DNA of 64,000 nt from Eledone cirrhosa (taxonomy: Eukaryota): positions 295,740,001 to 295,804,000 of the forward strand of contig OZ024742.1 in the NCBI GenBank assembly GCA_964016885.1. The letters are read 5' to 3'. The position numbers and the translations under genes were made by a program. This document shows, in pieces, positions 14,003-28,331 of this stretch (positions within the stretch are counted from its first letter, which is position 1; the number at the start of each line of letters is the position of its first letter). The notes under the pieces were generated by a model. The model was not told the DNA's origin. It did not search any database and saw only the letters and a list, made by a program, of their open reading frames with translations.

Positions 14003-14686
14003 TGCTGACCACAGCACCAACACCACTACCAACATAAGGGTAGAGGTCAGATGTACTTAACAATAGCAAAAACAAACACTACAGGTAGCCTCAACCCAGA
14101 AAGAATTTCTATAGATATTTGACTGAGGAATGCTCTCACAACTGACCAATGGGAGGAGTGACCTTACAAATCTTTCTAACATTGAGATTGGGTATAACAC
14201 ACACACATTTTATTTGATTATCTTATTTTATTTTATTCCTTCTACAACTTTATCATTTTTTTTAGCTGACTCCAACACCAACACCACTACCAACATAAGA
14301 GTAGAGGTCAGATGTACTTAACAATAACAACAACAACCACTACAGATTGCCTCGCCTCAGAACGAATTTCTATAAACTTTTGACTGAGGAATGTTCCCAC
14401 AAGTGACCAATGGGAGGAGAAGATGTCCTTTGACGCTGAAATTCGTTTGTTTAAATTCATATGATTCCACTTCTTCAGTGAAATAACAACCCAACCAGGA
14501 ACTGGGCATATCAGAGTATTGACAAAGTTAAACACCTCCACAACATGTGTACTCGTCTCTACCACACTAATTCGGACTGCCTGAAGAGGTCACAGCCAAA
14601 GATGGCTGTTACCGAAATATATATAGCAGTAATAAACGAAGCCAAATTTTAAACATTTGACTTATTTATTTTATTTTAGTTTATTT

Positions 14687-14690
<4 letters not shown>
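14003..14690 (+). mobile_element. Second pLTR-like module, back-to-back with 13548-14002, containing a diverged ~155-bp duplication (14003-14158 and 14264-14419)
   Basis: Ends in hammerhead, AATAAA, then (TA)n. Confidence 0.65.
14576..14630 (+). ncRNA. Type I hammerhead ribozyme
   Basis: ACTGC-CTGAAGA-GGTCACAGCCA-AAGA-TGGCTGTTACC-GAAA-TATATA-TA-GCAGT. Confidence 0.88.
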
Positions 14691-14717
<27 letters not shown>

Positions 14718-14727
14718 TATATATATA

Positions 14728-14766
<39 letters not shown>

Positions 14767-14837
14767 ATATATATATATATATATATAATATATATATATA
14801 TATAATATATATATAATATATAATATATATATATACA

Positions 14838-15050
<213 letters not shown>

Positions 15051-15409
15051 CTGTTAACAGGCATATGGAAATAACTCCAATTTCTATTAATTGCGTAAGA
15101 TTTGTTTCCAATTTTTCAGTAAAAACAAAAGGAAAAACGCAGCATAAAATTGAAGCTTTTTAAAAGCTTCCGTTTTCAAGATCTGCAAAAATGACACTTG
15201 TCAGTATTTCATATTTGTAAACAGCCAATGTCATAAGTGCTTCGAGAAACTGATATTGATTCCTGTTTATTTCTACCTCATTTGTAATTGTCTAATTGCA
15301 TATTAAACGCTGAAAGGGCAAATTCGTTAAAATGTCGGGTAGAACGCCGCGATCTGAGTTCAAATTCCACCGAGGTAACTTCGCCTTTCTTCCTTTCGAT
15401 GCCGGCAAA

Positions 15410-15860
15410 TAATGGTTTCTGATTTAGGCACAAGGCCAGTAATTTGGGGGAGAGGAGAAAGCCAATTCAATCGAGCCAGTGTGCTACTGGTACTTTATTT
15501 TTTCGACCCCGTAAGGATGAAAGGCAACTCTCACCTCGGTGGGATTTGAACGCAGAACGTAAAGTGCCGTAACTCTATACCGCAAAGCATTTAGTCCGAC
15601 GCTCAATCGATACTGCTAATCCACCAGGCCAAAATATAACGATTTCTACAATAGACACAAGGGCAGCAATTTTGGGGAGGGGGAAGTCGATTTAATCCAC
15701 CCCAGTGCATTACTGGTGCTTTACTTTATCGACCCCGTAAGGATGAAAAGCAGTGCTAACCTCGGCGGGATTTGAACTCAGAACGTAAAGTGCCGTAACT
15801 CTATACCGCAAAGCATTTTGTCCGACGCTGTACCGATACTGCCAAGCTACCACCAGGCCG
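15410..15860 (-). mobile_element. Two tandem tRNA-derived SINE copies
   Basis: B-box GAGTTCAAATCC and the CTTACGGGGTCGATAAA core on the minus strand. Confidence 0.8.
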
Positions 15861-15892
15861 GTAAATAATGTACCACTATTTGGGTCAATCCA

Positions 15893-15984
<92 letters not shown>

Positions 15985-16419
15985 TCTCTCCCTCACATAC
16001 ACACTCACTTTCTATAATTCTCTTTCTCTTGAAGTAACCGTCTGTGCTCCAGCAGTTTTAAAATGTCCAACACACGCTCTGTATCATGACGGCTCCATCA
16101 AGAGTTCAGGCTTATGTATGGACGTACATATAACTTGTATTTTATTTGTTATTCTAAAGGCGCATGACTTACTGGTTAGAATATTCAGCATATGATCGTA
16201 AAGTTGTGAGTTCGATTCCCTGTAATTGAAAGAGGCATTCTTGTCACGCACCGCAATGAATTTCCTAGAAGAAAGAAATTAAATGTACTTGTCTCAGCCA
16301 CTTGCACGCTAGTTTCACGAGCAGGCTGTTCCAGTGATCGAATCAACTAGAACACTCATCGTCGAACCGATGTAGGTCCAACAACAAATTGCGCAATACA
16401 ATTCTGGAATAAATTAATA

Positions 16420-16882
16420 TTTGTTGCAAATAATAATTTATAAATCTGTGAAGCAAACAATGGATATGGAGCGATACTTTTCTGATGTTATGGACAGACA
16501 GAGAAACGAATTGATACAATTAGTAGAAGGTCGGACGAATACCATTGCGACATCTAGTGTTCTCGGTCTCTGGGCTGCTGTTTTTCTTACGCCAAATCGG
16601 CTCAGTGATATCGTGCCTGTGGAAAAATCCCCCCGAGACAGAAAAGCTGATGCAGTAGGTATTGTTGGTTGTTTTCGTACCTGTTTTTTTTTTTTTGTTC
16701 TCGTTTTTCCCCCGTTCCTTCCTCTTCTCATTATATCTTTCTATTTTATCTTCTATTTCTAACTCTATCTACTAATGAAGGACTAGTGTCCGAAACGTTA
16801 AGACTCTTTTCCTGGTATTTCAAGCGTTAAACTAATATATTTCTTTAATGTACTGTGTCCTTTGCTTTGTTATTTGTTTACC
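16420..16882 (+). mobile_element. Highly decayed PLE 3' end (GIY-YIG-like remnant plus hammerhead remnant at 16768-16803)
   Basis: IIYK...GQTEKR... in shifted frames; CTAATGA-A-GGAC-TAGT-GTCC-GAAA-CGTTA (G5>A); ends at (TA)n. Confidence 0.45.
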
Positions 16883-16899
<17 letters not shown>

Positions 16900-16961
<62 letters not shown>

Positions 16962-18563
16962 AGACAGAGAGAGAAAGAGAGACGAAGGCTAATAGATAGA
17001 TAGACAGTGGCAGTGTGAATGCTCGAGTGAGTTGAGTATGTCTGAGAGAAAGTGTGTTTCTGTATGTATGTGTGCATATGTATGTGTTTGCGTGAGTGTT
17101 TGTATGCGAATGTGTGAGTGTGTATAAGTGTGCACGCATGAGTGGGTACGTTTGAATGAGTATGTGTACGTGTATGTATCTTTTTGTGTGTCAGTGTGTC
17201 AGTGTGTTTGTGCGTGTGTGAATGTCTGTGTGCGCGTGCATGTATTATGTGTTTAGATAAAGTGGACATCTTGTTTTTGTTTGTTTGTTTGTTTAGAGGG
17301 AGAGAAAAGAGGTGTGAGTATAAAGGTGTCTATGCACGTGTGGGCTCAATGTGTCTATGTGCTTGTGTGTCGAAGTGTCTATGTGTGTGTGTGTGCGCGC
17401 CTACATTTGTGAGTATGTTTAAAGTGGACGTCATGTGAATACGTGATTTTTAGAGGTATGAGAATGTCAAGTGTGTTGTGTGTGTATATATGTGAATGCT
17501 TGAGTGTGCGCGTATGAAGGCTTCAATGTGTGTGTCTGTGAATACGTATGAGTTTGTGTGCATACATGTGTATGCAAATATCTGCATATGTATTAGTATG
17601 TGCATGTGTGTGCGTGTGTATGTGCGTGCGAGCATGTGTCTCTGTATGTGCGTGTGTGTGTGTCTATGAATATGTATGAGTTTGTATACATACATGTGTA
17701 TGCGAATGTGTGCATATGTATGTGTGTGTGTGTATCTGTGCGTGTGTATGTGCGTGTGTGCATGTGTGTCTGTATGTGCGTGCGTGTCTGCGCGCGTGTG
17801 TGCGCGCGTGTGTGCGCGCGTGTGTGCCTGTGAATATGTGGGAGTTTGTGTACATACATGTGTATGCAAATGTGTGCATATGTATTTGTGTGTGCATATC
17901 TGTGTATGTGTGTTTGTGAATGTGTATGTGTATGTATGTGCGTGAGAATGTGCGTGTGTATGTGTGTGTGCATGCGCGCGTATGTGTGTGTGAATGCTTG
18001 TGTGTGTGTGTGTGTGTGTGTGCCAGTGAATATGTGTGAGTTTGTGTGCATGGATGTGTATACGAATGTATGCATATCTATTTGTGTATGCATGTGTGTG
18101 TGTGTGTGCGCGCGCGTGTGTATGTATGTATGCTTGAGAGTGTGTGCCTGTGTATATGTGTGTGCATACATGCGTATGCGAATGTGTGCATGTGTATATG
18201 TGTATGTGTGTATATATATATGTGTGTGTGCGCGTGTGTGTGTATGAGTGTGTTTCGATAAAATGGACGTCTTGTGAATACGTTATTTTGAAGGTATGAC
18301 TGAGACGAAGATTAAAATTGATAGTTTTCTCGGATTTGAAATAGGAATTATTTATTGTTGTTGTTATTGTAGCAGTGGTGGTGGTGGTGGTGGAGGTGTT
18401 GTTGGTGGTGATGTTGGTGGTACTGGTGGTGGTGCTGGTGCTGGTGCTGGTGGTGACTGTGGTGGTGGTGTTTGTGGTAGTCTAGGTGTTAGTGGTTGTG
18501 ATGGCAGTAGTAGCAGCAGCAGTAGTAGTAGTAGTAGTTGTAGTGGTAGTGGTGGTGGGTTAT

Positions 18564-18626
<63 letters not shown>

Positions 18627-18760
18627 GGGGATATTAGTAGTAGTAGTAGTAGTAGTTGTTGTAGTAGTAGTACCTGTTGCTATCAGTGTTGTGGTAGTTG
18701 TTATTGTCATTGTTGTAGTTGTAGTTGTTATTAATGCTGTTGCTATTGTTATAGTTGTTG
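16900..18760. repeat. Degenerate (TG)n-rich tract (to about 18260) followed by GGT/AGT/GTT trinucleotide tracts
   Basis: Read directly from the sequence. Confidence 0.9.
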
Positions 18761-19189
18761 TTTTTTTCTAATATCATATTTAATTTTTATGTTTTTGTTT
18801 TCTTTTTTCTTTTCTTTTTTATGTTGTTGTTTTCTCTTTTGTTTGTTTGTTGTTTTCTTATCTTAACATTACACTGAATTTTAAACAGCTTGCTTAACAA
18901 TATCAACAATGACAACAACGTCTGAAATTGGGAAAACGCCTCAAACAAATAACTGTTTGTAAAATAAAATTTAGAAAAAGAGAGAGAAAAGAAACCAATA
19001 TTGATATGAAGACTTCAGATTCATAAATGATTGTGGGATAATTTATCATTTATTTATTTAGTATAATCAGTGTCGGAAATTGTGAACAATATTATCGTGG
19101 GTTACATGTTTCTAATGGGTAAGAAATTAGTCCTGCTTTACGACATTACTTAAGCCTGTCTAAAGTTAGACGGCTCGTTAGCCGGTGCT

Positions 19190-19355
19190 TAAGCCCCCAG
19201 CTATTGATGGTACTCATTTCCAGCTGTGTATACAGGAACAACATGAAATGAAGTGTTTTTCTCAAGAACACAATAGGAAACCCAGCCTAAGAATCAAACC
19301 CACAACATTATGATCGTAAATCCAAGACCCTTACCACTAGGCCACGCGCCTCCAC
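19190..19355 (-). mobile_element. tRNA-derived SINE (second family)
   Basis: A-box TGGCCTAGTGG, B-box-like GGTTTGATTC, then GTGTTCTTGAG...ACACTT. Relatives at about 16157-16380, 57130-57330 and 57720-57925. Confidence 0.7.
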
Positions 19356-19526
19356 AACTACAGTACTTACACGTTAATTTCACGAGCAGGCAGTTCCGTT
19401 GATTCAACTGGAATACTTGTTGTAATCGACAGAGTGACAGTGATTACCAATAACTGTACGAGTCAGAGAATAAAGCTTTACTACGTCTTTTCGTTCTCTC
19501 ATTCTGCCCCTTTGATATACAGAACC

Positions 19527-19850
19527 TCAGGTGGGTGTTGTTTCAAGATCACAGCAGAGAGAATTGTTGCTGGAGAAAGTGTTGCTGCATATCGCTTCGT
19601 AGACAACGGATTTACCATCGTGAAACAGGAAAATCGTAATGCCATTTGGCCTTTTGCCGTCCACTAGGCCTAAACGAACCAGGACGAGCTGCGAGATAAA
19701 GCGTAGAGCATCAACGTCATGCATAACACCCACGTTGAGAGTGAGATGCCGTGGGAGGCAACCAGCACTGAGGCAGTATGAGAGGGTGTAATTCGGTTAA
19801 GAACGAATATAGCAAGAGAATTCGTACATTGATTCTCTTCGACTAGCTCC
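19527..19850 (-). mobile_element. CRE-like non-LTR retrotransposon endonuclease remnant
   Basis: DGKRPNGITIFLFHDGKSVVYEAICSNTF matches the DGKRPDG.T..P...G..L.WD.T..DT restriction-like endonuclease motif. Confidence 0.65.
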
Positions 19851-19902
19851 GTAAATACACATACATACATACATAAATACATACATACATACATACATAC
19901 AT

Positions 19903-22900
19903 TCCATCAGTCAACGCGATCAGTCGCATATTTTGGCGTGGCAGACTATTTATTAAATTTAAGATGAATACTATCTCCGACAGTAATGCCACAACTACAG
20001 CCAGGTTGAATAACTGGTTATTCTTCTAACTATCCCTTCTGAAGACACCTTTTATTCGAATTCGTAGAGATATCCGACTAAATACATAATTCATTTTACA
20101 AGGATTTGCTACAAGCAGCATGGCTGAATACAACATCAACAAGAAAATTAAGGAAGTATCGAAGACAAATAACAAAGAAGGTAATCAAACTTTATTCAGT
20201 TGTAGCTACAGAAGAAACCGAAATTATAAATCGCATTTCTCTTGGAGTTGCGAACTTAATAATGATTTATTTAATTGTTATAAAATGGCAAAAAACAATC
20301 CCTCCATTGGCTATATGAATAGAATGAAGCTACACTGGGACGAAATGCACCCAGAGCTAAATTATTTCACAGCGAAACAATTACGCCAACAAGCGACGTT
20401 TGTTGAACGTAAAAATAAGATAAATATTATTAATTGTAAGTCCCCCACAACAAACATGGAATCAACAACACGTGCTACAGATCGCTATGCTACTAGACTT
20501 CCTAGCAGCCAGGTCGAACGGCGCCTTGAAACAACTATGCCTGTACCATCTAAGTCTACCTCGAATGCTGGGGAAAACACTATCGATAATAATAATAATC
20601 GAAGAAATAATAATAATAATCGAATAAATGTGACACCACGTATACCATCCGAGTCTACCTCGACTGTTGTGGAAAATACTATCGATAATGATAATCAAAA
20701 GTATAAACAATTGAAAATTTTCCTAAACGAAATCTTCCAGAGAGAAATTAACTCATGTATAAATATCTCTCTGGCTGAACGTATTAAAATGACAATGGTG
20801 AATAAAAAAACAAATAATGAAATACTACGTGTTATTGACGAAATAGGGGATGAATATTTACGACGGATAAAAACCCCAACATTTTGGCAAATCAACGCCT
20901 GTTTATATGCCTTAGCAATGACAGTGAAGCATTATCTTGGTGATAGCAGAGATATTAACAAGAACAAAACACCACCAAAAATACCATCATATATAACTAA
21001 AATAGGAAAAAAGAATGCTGACCTACGAAAAAACATAGGACATGTGATAATGCTCCTTACATGCAAACAAACACAAAAAAACCTCACTCCTCACCAACAA
21101 AGAGTGAAAAATAAAATAGAGACGATGTTTGGTAACAGTAGAACCAGAACTCTCCAATATAAGCTGATCACCCTCAAACAAGAATTGAGAGCTGTTAGCG
21201 AAAAACGCCGATACCTGAAGAAGGTAGATGAGAGAAAAATGCTTAATAAAAGATTCAGACGAAACCAAACATCAGTCTATAGAGATATGAAGGGCAAAAT
21301 AATAAGTGTCACTGGGGCCCCATCCCAGAAAGACATAGATTCCTTTTGGAGAAAAATAAGGGGTGAAAAGAAGAATTTCAACCAAGATGCAGTGTGGCTA
21401 AGAGAAATCCGAAAGAACTATTGCTCCTAGACTACAAGAAAAACATATGAAATAAGTTAGGGTACCCTTGAGACTGTGATAGGAAAACTCCAAGATAAGA
21501 AAACACCAAGAAGAGACGTGATTGTCGGCTACTGGTACAAAAAACTAATATTCTATCGGAGGTATCTTACTGACCTCTACCAACAAGTTCTTAAGGGAGA
21601 TACACTTATACCAGAATGGTTGACATTAGCACAAACGTTACTGGTCCCCAAGAACAAAGACACCCACTTGGCAAAAAACTACCGACCCATTGCATGCCAG
21701 AACCTGATGTATAAGATGTATACAGCCTGCCTCAACCTATTCCTCCAAGATCATTGTGAAAATAATAACATCATCACAGATGAACAAGCAACTGGAAAGA
21801 AAAGGGTTTGGGGATGTGCTGAACAACTCCTAATCAACAAAACTGCGATGTCGAAGGTGCGACAACTTAGGAGGAATATGACTACAGTCTGGCTGGACTA
21901 CAAGAAAGCTTTCGATTCTGTTCCCCACTCTTGGATGATAGAGGCCCTCCAACTTGCTAAAGTCCCAGATATTATTGTCAGAGCCATAGAGAGGCTGTCA
22001 TCTTCTTGGGCTACTATCCTAAGGTTAAAGACAGAGAGGGAGGACTCTATTTTCACTGATAAAATAAAATATTGCAGGGGTATATTTCAGGGGGACAGTC
22101 TCTCTGTGATATTGTTCATCTTGTCATTAAACCCCTTGTCCTTTCTGCTCAAGAATGTGAGGGATACATCATTGGCTCACAGGAGGACATAAATACGAAC
22201 CTAACCCATAACTTCTTTGTAGACGATCTGAAACTCTATACCAAGAACATGGATGGGATGAAGAAAAATCTTGACCTGGTTACAACGTTCTCAAAGGATA
22301 TAGGAATGGAGTTTGGCCAAGATAAATGCTCATACATGACTGTAAAGCGGGGGAAAACAACAACCCAATCTAGCAACATTGTCATCAATGGTCTAACTGT
22401 TTCACCGATATCTGATGAGGACTGCTACAGATACCTGGGGATAGATGAGAATATATCCTATAATGGTATCTGTAATAAAGAACGCGTAACCAGGGAATAC
22501 TACACCCGATTAAGAAAGATCTGGTCATCGGAACTCTCTGCGCAAAACAAAACAGTGGCTCACAATGTGTTTGCTGTGCCTGTCCTAACACCAACGTTTG
22601 GAATACTCAATTGGACGATAGACGAAATCCGAGCAGTTGATGTTGGAACTCGAAAAATACTGAACAACACCGGAAACTTCCACATCAACAGTGACATAGA
22701 CCGCCTTTACTTGAAACGTAAGCAGGGAGGCAGAGGCCTAACATCAGTCCAGACAACATTTGAATGTCGCATCATATCTCTCCGACAACATCTCGAACCT
22801 CGAAGCGTAGGAGCCCGCTTCTCGAGCAAGTCTATCTGCATGAAATAGATAAGATCATGAGAGTTGGGAGGGAACTCCTTGAGTGATATTCCCTGTGTGA

Positions 22901-24016
22901 TAATCAAAAACTCACACCCAGTGATGTCGCTCAGCAGTATTGCAGTGAATCCATGGATGAAAAACTGCATGCCTATCAGCAAAAAATCATGCATGGATAT
23001 GTTGGCCAGGAAGCTCCAGAGTGAGAGTAATATAGATAAGAAAAGTAGTCTATCTTGGACCAACAACCGCTATATTGGCTCCCACTTTGAAGGATACGCT
23101 TTTGCAATCCAAGAACAGGAGATTAACACGAAATACCTGATTCACAAAAGAGATAGGGATGCAGGCAAAAAACCTAGATGTGATAACAAGTGCAAACTCT
23201 GCAGAACTAACATCGAGTATATCACCCGTGTCATCAGCAGCTGTCCAAAGATGTCATCGCGGTACTATCTACCCATGAGGCATGATGTAGTGGCCAAAAC
23301 ACTGTACAATGCAGTTCGTAAAAAAGATAGCCCCGATAATAAACACATTAAAAGCTACAACAATGTGGAAGACATCCATGTACATAATATGAAAGAGTAC
23401 TGGTGGAATGTTCCAGTAAAAACCCCAATAAAATGCAGGCATAACAGACCAGATATTATGATATGGGACAGGGAGAAGAAAACATGCACAGTAGTGGAAA
23501 TTAGCTGCCCAGCAGATGCCAATATAATATCAAAGATTAGTGAAAAGGAGAATATTTATGCAGAACTGATGAGAAATCTGCAGAACACTCCACCCTGATT
23601 ACACCTTCAGATTTATGCCTGTGATTATTGGGGCACTGGGATATGTTAGTAACTGCCTCAATACAAATCTTGAGAAGCTAGGCTTCACAGGAACAGAAAG
23701 AACACAACTAGTTAGGAAATTACAAGTACAATCCATTAATGGAACAGTAAAATATGTAAAACATTCCAACATTTTTGCATCTAATAACTGCATATACCCA
23801 TGTACAGATACAAAGCATATACACATGCATACATACAACTCAAAACATACACATCCACACATACAATAACATCCATATCTACACATGCATGCATGCAGAC
23901 ATACATATCTACCTAGTTGATGTTGTGTAAATTCCAATGAGAGAGTCTTGTGTCTATGGTAGAAACCGACTCTCTCTCTATTGGTAAAACTTTGTGAAAT
24001 TATAAAACCAGAAGAA
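19903..24016 (+). mobile_element. Near full-length Dong/R4-like non-LTR retrotransposon; single ORF (about 20120-23790) broken by stops and frameshifts
   Basis: PEWLT...LVPK...NYRPIAC; WLDYKKAFDSVPH; RGIFQGDSLS; FFVDDLKLY; YRYLG; CKLC...SSC; RHD; HNRPDI...VVEISCP. (CATA)n lies on both sides. Confidence 0.92.
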
Positions 24017-24119
24017 CATACATACATACATACACTTCACCACTTCATAATTCCCATAAAAAATAATAATAATGATGTACAGTGAACAAATTATTTTAAT
24101 ATTTTATGTATATATATAT

Positions 24120-24310
24120 AATTATTGTTTCTACTTTAGGCACAAGGCCAGCAATTACCCAGTGCATTACTGGTACTTTATTTTATCGACCCCGTAAGGA
24201 TGAAAGGCAAAGTCAACCTCGGCGGGATTTGAACTCAGATCGTAAAGGGACGTAACTATGCTGGAAAGCATGGCATCCGACCCTCTACCGATACTGCCAA
24301 TCCACCGCCT
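24120..24310 (-). mobile_element. Full-length tRNA-derived SINE
   Basis: Reverse complement of the 36318-36520 type, with A-box TGGCAGTATCGG and B-box GAGTTCAAATCC. Confidence 0.88.
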
Positions 24311-24460
24311 ATATATTTATAATTATTTTGGCAATTTAACATCACTTATATATATATTGTTCTCGGTATGGTGAACTAACTGTTGTGTAACCACTTCTAC
24401 CTAACTCGTCCCATGGACTGAGTGCTCTACCACTACGGATATTACCTTCCACTGTTCTAC

Positions 24461-24542
<82 letters not shown>

Positions 24543-24616
24543 GTATACCACTATATATATATATATATATATATATAGTGGTATACCACTATATATATAT
24601 ATATATAGTGGTATAC

Positions 24617-24683
<67 letters not shown>

Positions 24684-24772
24684 GTTATATCGAGTGACTA
24701 TCTCCCCCGCCGCCTTTTGGGATTCTTTCTCACGTCGTGTAGACGCGTTCTTGAGGCTAGTAAAATGAGGTA

Positions 24773-24862
24773 TCCTCTTGATAAGTCGGCAGACCTCGCA
24801 AGGACTCTATATCTTTATGATGTATTGTTTTTGTTTATGCCACGAAACTACGTAGTCGAGGA
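24773..24862 (+). ncRNA. Type I hammerhead, U3-A8 core variant
   Basis: TCCTC-TTGATAA-GTCGGCA...TGCCAC-GAAA-CTACGTAG-TC-GAGGA, with predicted cleavage after GTC at 24857. Confidence 0.8.
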
Positions 24863-25365
24863 ATCTAGGAGCAGTTTAGGTATGATACATTTTATTACTA
24901 ATTATATCTAAATGTTCCTTCTCTCTTCATAATGTATTTTTAACTCTGATACTGGTTCAGTCTGGTTCAACCGGATTGGTCTGTCCCAGTCATTCATTGA
25001 GCAACATCGGTGAGGTTGGCACCCTTAACTCACGGTTGGGTGTGGATGCATTCGTGTATATGTGTGTGTCCGCATGTATCTGTGTGTTTCTAAATATATT
25101 GTTAATAACTCCCTCTGGTCGAGTAATCTTTGAAGTGTGGTGACTGCTGGAAAGCTGCCATTACTCATACTTCTCGCCTCCTTTACCACCTCTGCTACGG
25201 CTTCGATATAAATACCCCCTCCGCCTCCGTGGTATTTTCTTCGGGGTTATAAGAGGCTTAGCTCTGTTTCTCGACCGTTATATCGCGTGACTATCTCCCC
25301 CTCCGCCTTTTGGGATTCTTTCTCACGTCGTGTAGACGCGTTCTTGAGGCTAGTAAAATGAGGTA

Positions 25366-25455
25366 TCCTCTTGATAAGACGGCAGACCTCGCAAGGACTC
25401 TATATCTTTATGATGTATTGTTTTTGTTTATGCCACGAAACTACGTAGTCGAGGA
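25366..25455 (+). ncRNA. Type I hammerhead, U3-A8 core variant (second unit)
   Basis: Same motif offset by 593 bp, with one stem II substitution (GACGGCA). Predicted cleavage after 25450. Confidence 0.75.
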
Positions 25456-25524
25456 ATCTAGGAGCAGTTTAGGTATGATACATTTTATTACTAATTATAT
25501 CTAAATGTTCCTTCTCTCTTCATA

Positions 25525-25570
<46 letters not shown>

Positions 25571-25731
25571 AACCACAAACTCTCCATCACAATTCTACTT
25601 TTGAAAAGCACAAGAACTGCGAAACTGGTAAAGGAACCAAATAAATATATATTTTTTTTAAAAAGACTCAGTTGCATTTTCGATTTCATCTTTTTCCCTT
25701 ATATATATATATATATATAAGTGATGTTATA

Positions 25732-25808
<77 letters not shown>

Positions 25809-26299
25809 CAAAGCCTGTGTATGTGTGTACATATATATATGTGCACCCGCCCCTTAAAAAAACTTACCGGTTCCTCTACCTGCATACATACATACATACA
25901 TACACCCAGATATATATACGCACACACATAAATATAAATGAACACACTCTCATACAAAAGGTATGTTTATCTAACTGTATCTTCTTCAACATAGTTGTGA
26001 ATTTAATTATAAATGTGAATTGGAAGGAAGTGGGGCAGCTAAGGGGAAACCATGCTGTGAGTGTAGACGATTTTTAGATAATAACGGGTGGAAGAGGTGC
26101 AAGGAAGAATATATATTAGGGTAGGGCTGGATAGAAGGGAGCTAGTGTTTGTGAGTCATTTAAGTAAGGAATCTAATTGAAAACAGCACAAAGATTTTTT
26201 TTTTAAATGCACGTGCGCGCGCGAATGTGTGTGTGTGTATGAGTGTTTGTATACCGCCCTTAACAATGTCAACAGTACTATCGATCGATGGGAAATACC

Positions 26300-27700
26300 A
26301 AACCTCGAAAGGATACCTCGATACCATAAAATCCTTCTTAACTCCCAATGACCATAAATTGAACGTTGTTAATTGTGTCTCTGTGGATCACCTGCAACTC
26401 TATGTAATATAAATTGTTTGAAGAAAAAACTTGACCTGGTTATGACGTTCTCGAAAGGGTACCGTTTCTAACCGGTACCCCAAACTTCTACATCAACAGT
26501 GACATAGACTGCCTCTACCTGAAACGTATACAGGGAGACAGAGGCTTAACACAATCCAAACAGCATTTGAGTGTCGCATCATATCCCTCCGACAACATCT
26601 ACGAACCATCAAGCGTAGAAGCCGATGTATAGAACAAGTTTGTCTACCTAAGGCAGATAACATCATGAGAATTGGGAAAGAGCTCTTTGAGAAATAATCC
26701 CCTGCAGGATAACCAAAACCTCACACCCGGGAAAATTGCAAAACAATTCCACAATTAATCCATGGATGAAATGTATGCTTATCGGCAAAAAAATGGTGTA
26801 TAGGTATGTTGCCCGAAAGTTTAAAAGTGTGAGTAATATACATAAGCAAAGGAGTCTATCGTGGACCAACAACGGGTATATTAGCTCTCACTTTGAAGGA
26901 TATGCGTTTGTAATCCAAGAACATGAGATAACATCAAATTACCTGATGCACAAAAGAGATAGGGATGCAAACAAAACACATAGATGTGACAACAGATGCA
27001 ATAACAGTTGAATAAATATCGAAGATATCACCCACCACATAAGCAGCTGTCAAAAGATGTCATTGCGATACTATCTATCTATAAGACATGATGTAGTGGC
27101 CAAAACATTATACGCTACAATCCGTAGAAAGGATAGTCCTGGGAATTAACATATAAAAGTTACAGTGATGTGGAGGGCATATGCAGACATAATATAAAGA
27201 ACTGGTGGAATATTCCAGGCAACACTCCAATAAAATGCGAACATAACAGACCAGACATGGTGATAGGGGACAGAGAAAAGAAGATATGCACAGTAGTGGA
27301 TATCAGTTGCCCAGCAGATTTAAATATAATGCTAAAGATTAGAAAAAATAACATTTATCATGAACTAATGAGCAATCTGTAGATACTCCACCCTATCTAT
27401 ACCGTTAGATTTGTTCCTGTGATCCTTGAAGCTCTGGGATATGTTACTAACTGCCTCTGTACACATCTTGAGAAGCTGGGCTTCACAGGACCAGAAACGA
27501 CGCGGTTATTTGCAAGTACAATCCACTAATAACACTGTAAAAAGTTGTAAAACATTGCAGAAACACATACATACACACATACGTATTTACCTAGGTGAAG
27601 TTTTCTGAATTCCAATGAAATAGCCTTGTTTCCCTGTAAGAAACCGCCTCTCTCTCTCTATCGGTGAAAATATATGAAATAATAAAACCAGAAGAACATA
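26300..27700 (+). mobile_element. Older, truncated copy of the 19903-24016 LINE family
   Basis: SLSWTNNGYISSHFEGYAF; HNRPDM...VVDISCP; same 3' end AAACCAGAAGAACATA. Confidence 0.88.
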
Positions 27701-28115
27701 TAAACACATCTTCAAACGTCCACACACCTATATGTATACATATACGCATTGGCATACATACATTGAACTCCATAGTGGAAGCATTTCTGAATTCGGAGAG
27801 GGGGAGGCAAATTTGGACAATTTAGATGTACTGATTACTTTAACTCATTGCACACTAAAATGGTCAGAAAACTTTGATATGCGATAAATACATGTAAATA
27901 AATTGTAGCGCATATCCAAATATGTGTTTTGATAGTTTGGTGAGGAAATATAATTATGGGAGGAGGGCATGCACCACCACACCCAGCTCCACAGCCGCTA
28001 TTTAAAAAAGAATTGTGCTCTGTGTCCTTTCCTAAGGGGTTAATATATCGAGCTTCTTCGCATTCGGTAAGAAACTGATATTATAACAAATTTATTCATT
28101 TCATATATATATATT

Positions 28116-28151
<36 letters not shown>

Positions 28152-28331
28152 AAGAAAGAGAGAGAATAGAATTAGAGTTTAGCTTCGAGCATAGCTGTAT
28201 ACAGATATGTATTGGAATTTCGTATTTCTAAAGAAATACGGTATGTTTATAAACATTTAAAAAGACGTAGCTATGCAAAAACACCGGCAGCTGTCGCCAC
28301 CTGGTGGTATCTAGCAAAAGCTAGTGGGACA

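Larger units (their letters stand above)
24681..25530 (+). mobile_element. 593-bp head-to-tail non-coding repeat (about 1.4 units) with one hammerhead per unit; retrozyme/pLTR-like
   Basis: 24681 aligns with 25274. TA arrays lie on both sides. A second locus is at 48351-49349(-). Confidence 0.88.

Noticed and set aside
16460-19667. Two-exon host gene (16460-16658 plus 19531-19667, phase-compatible)
   Set aside because: The second part is better explained as a minus-strand CRE-like endonuclease remnant, and the first as a decayed PLE end.
20030-20075. Hammerhead in the 5' UTR of the Dong-like LINE (CTGAAGA...GAAT)
   Set aside because: No credible stem II and GAAA is not intact.
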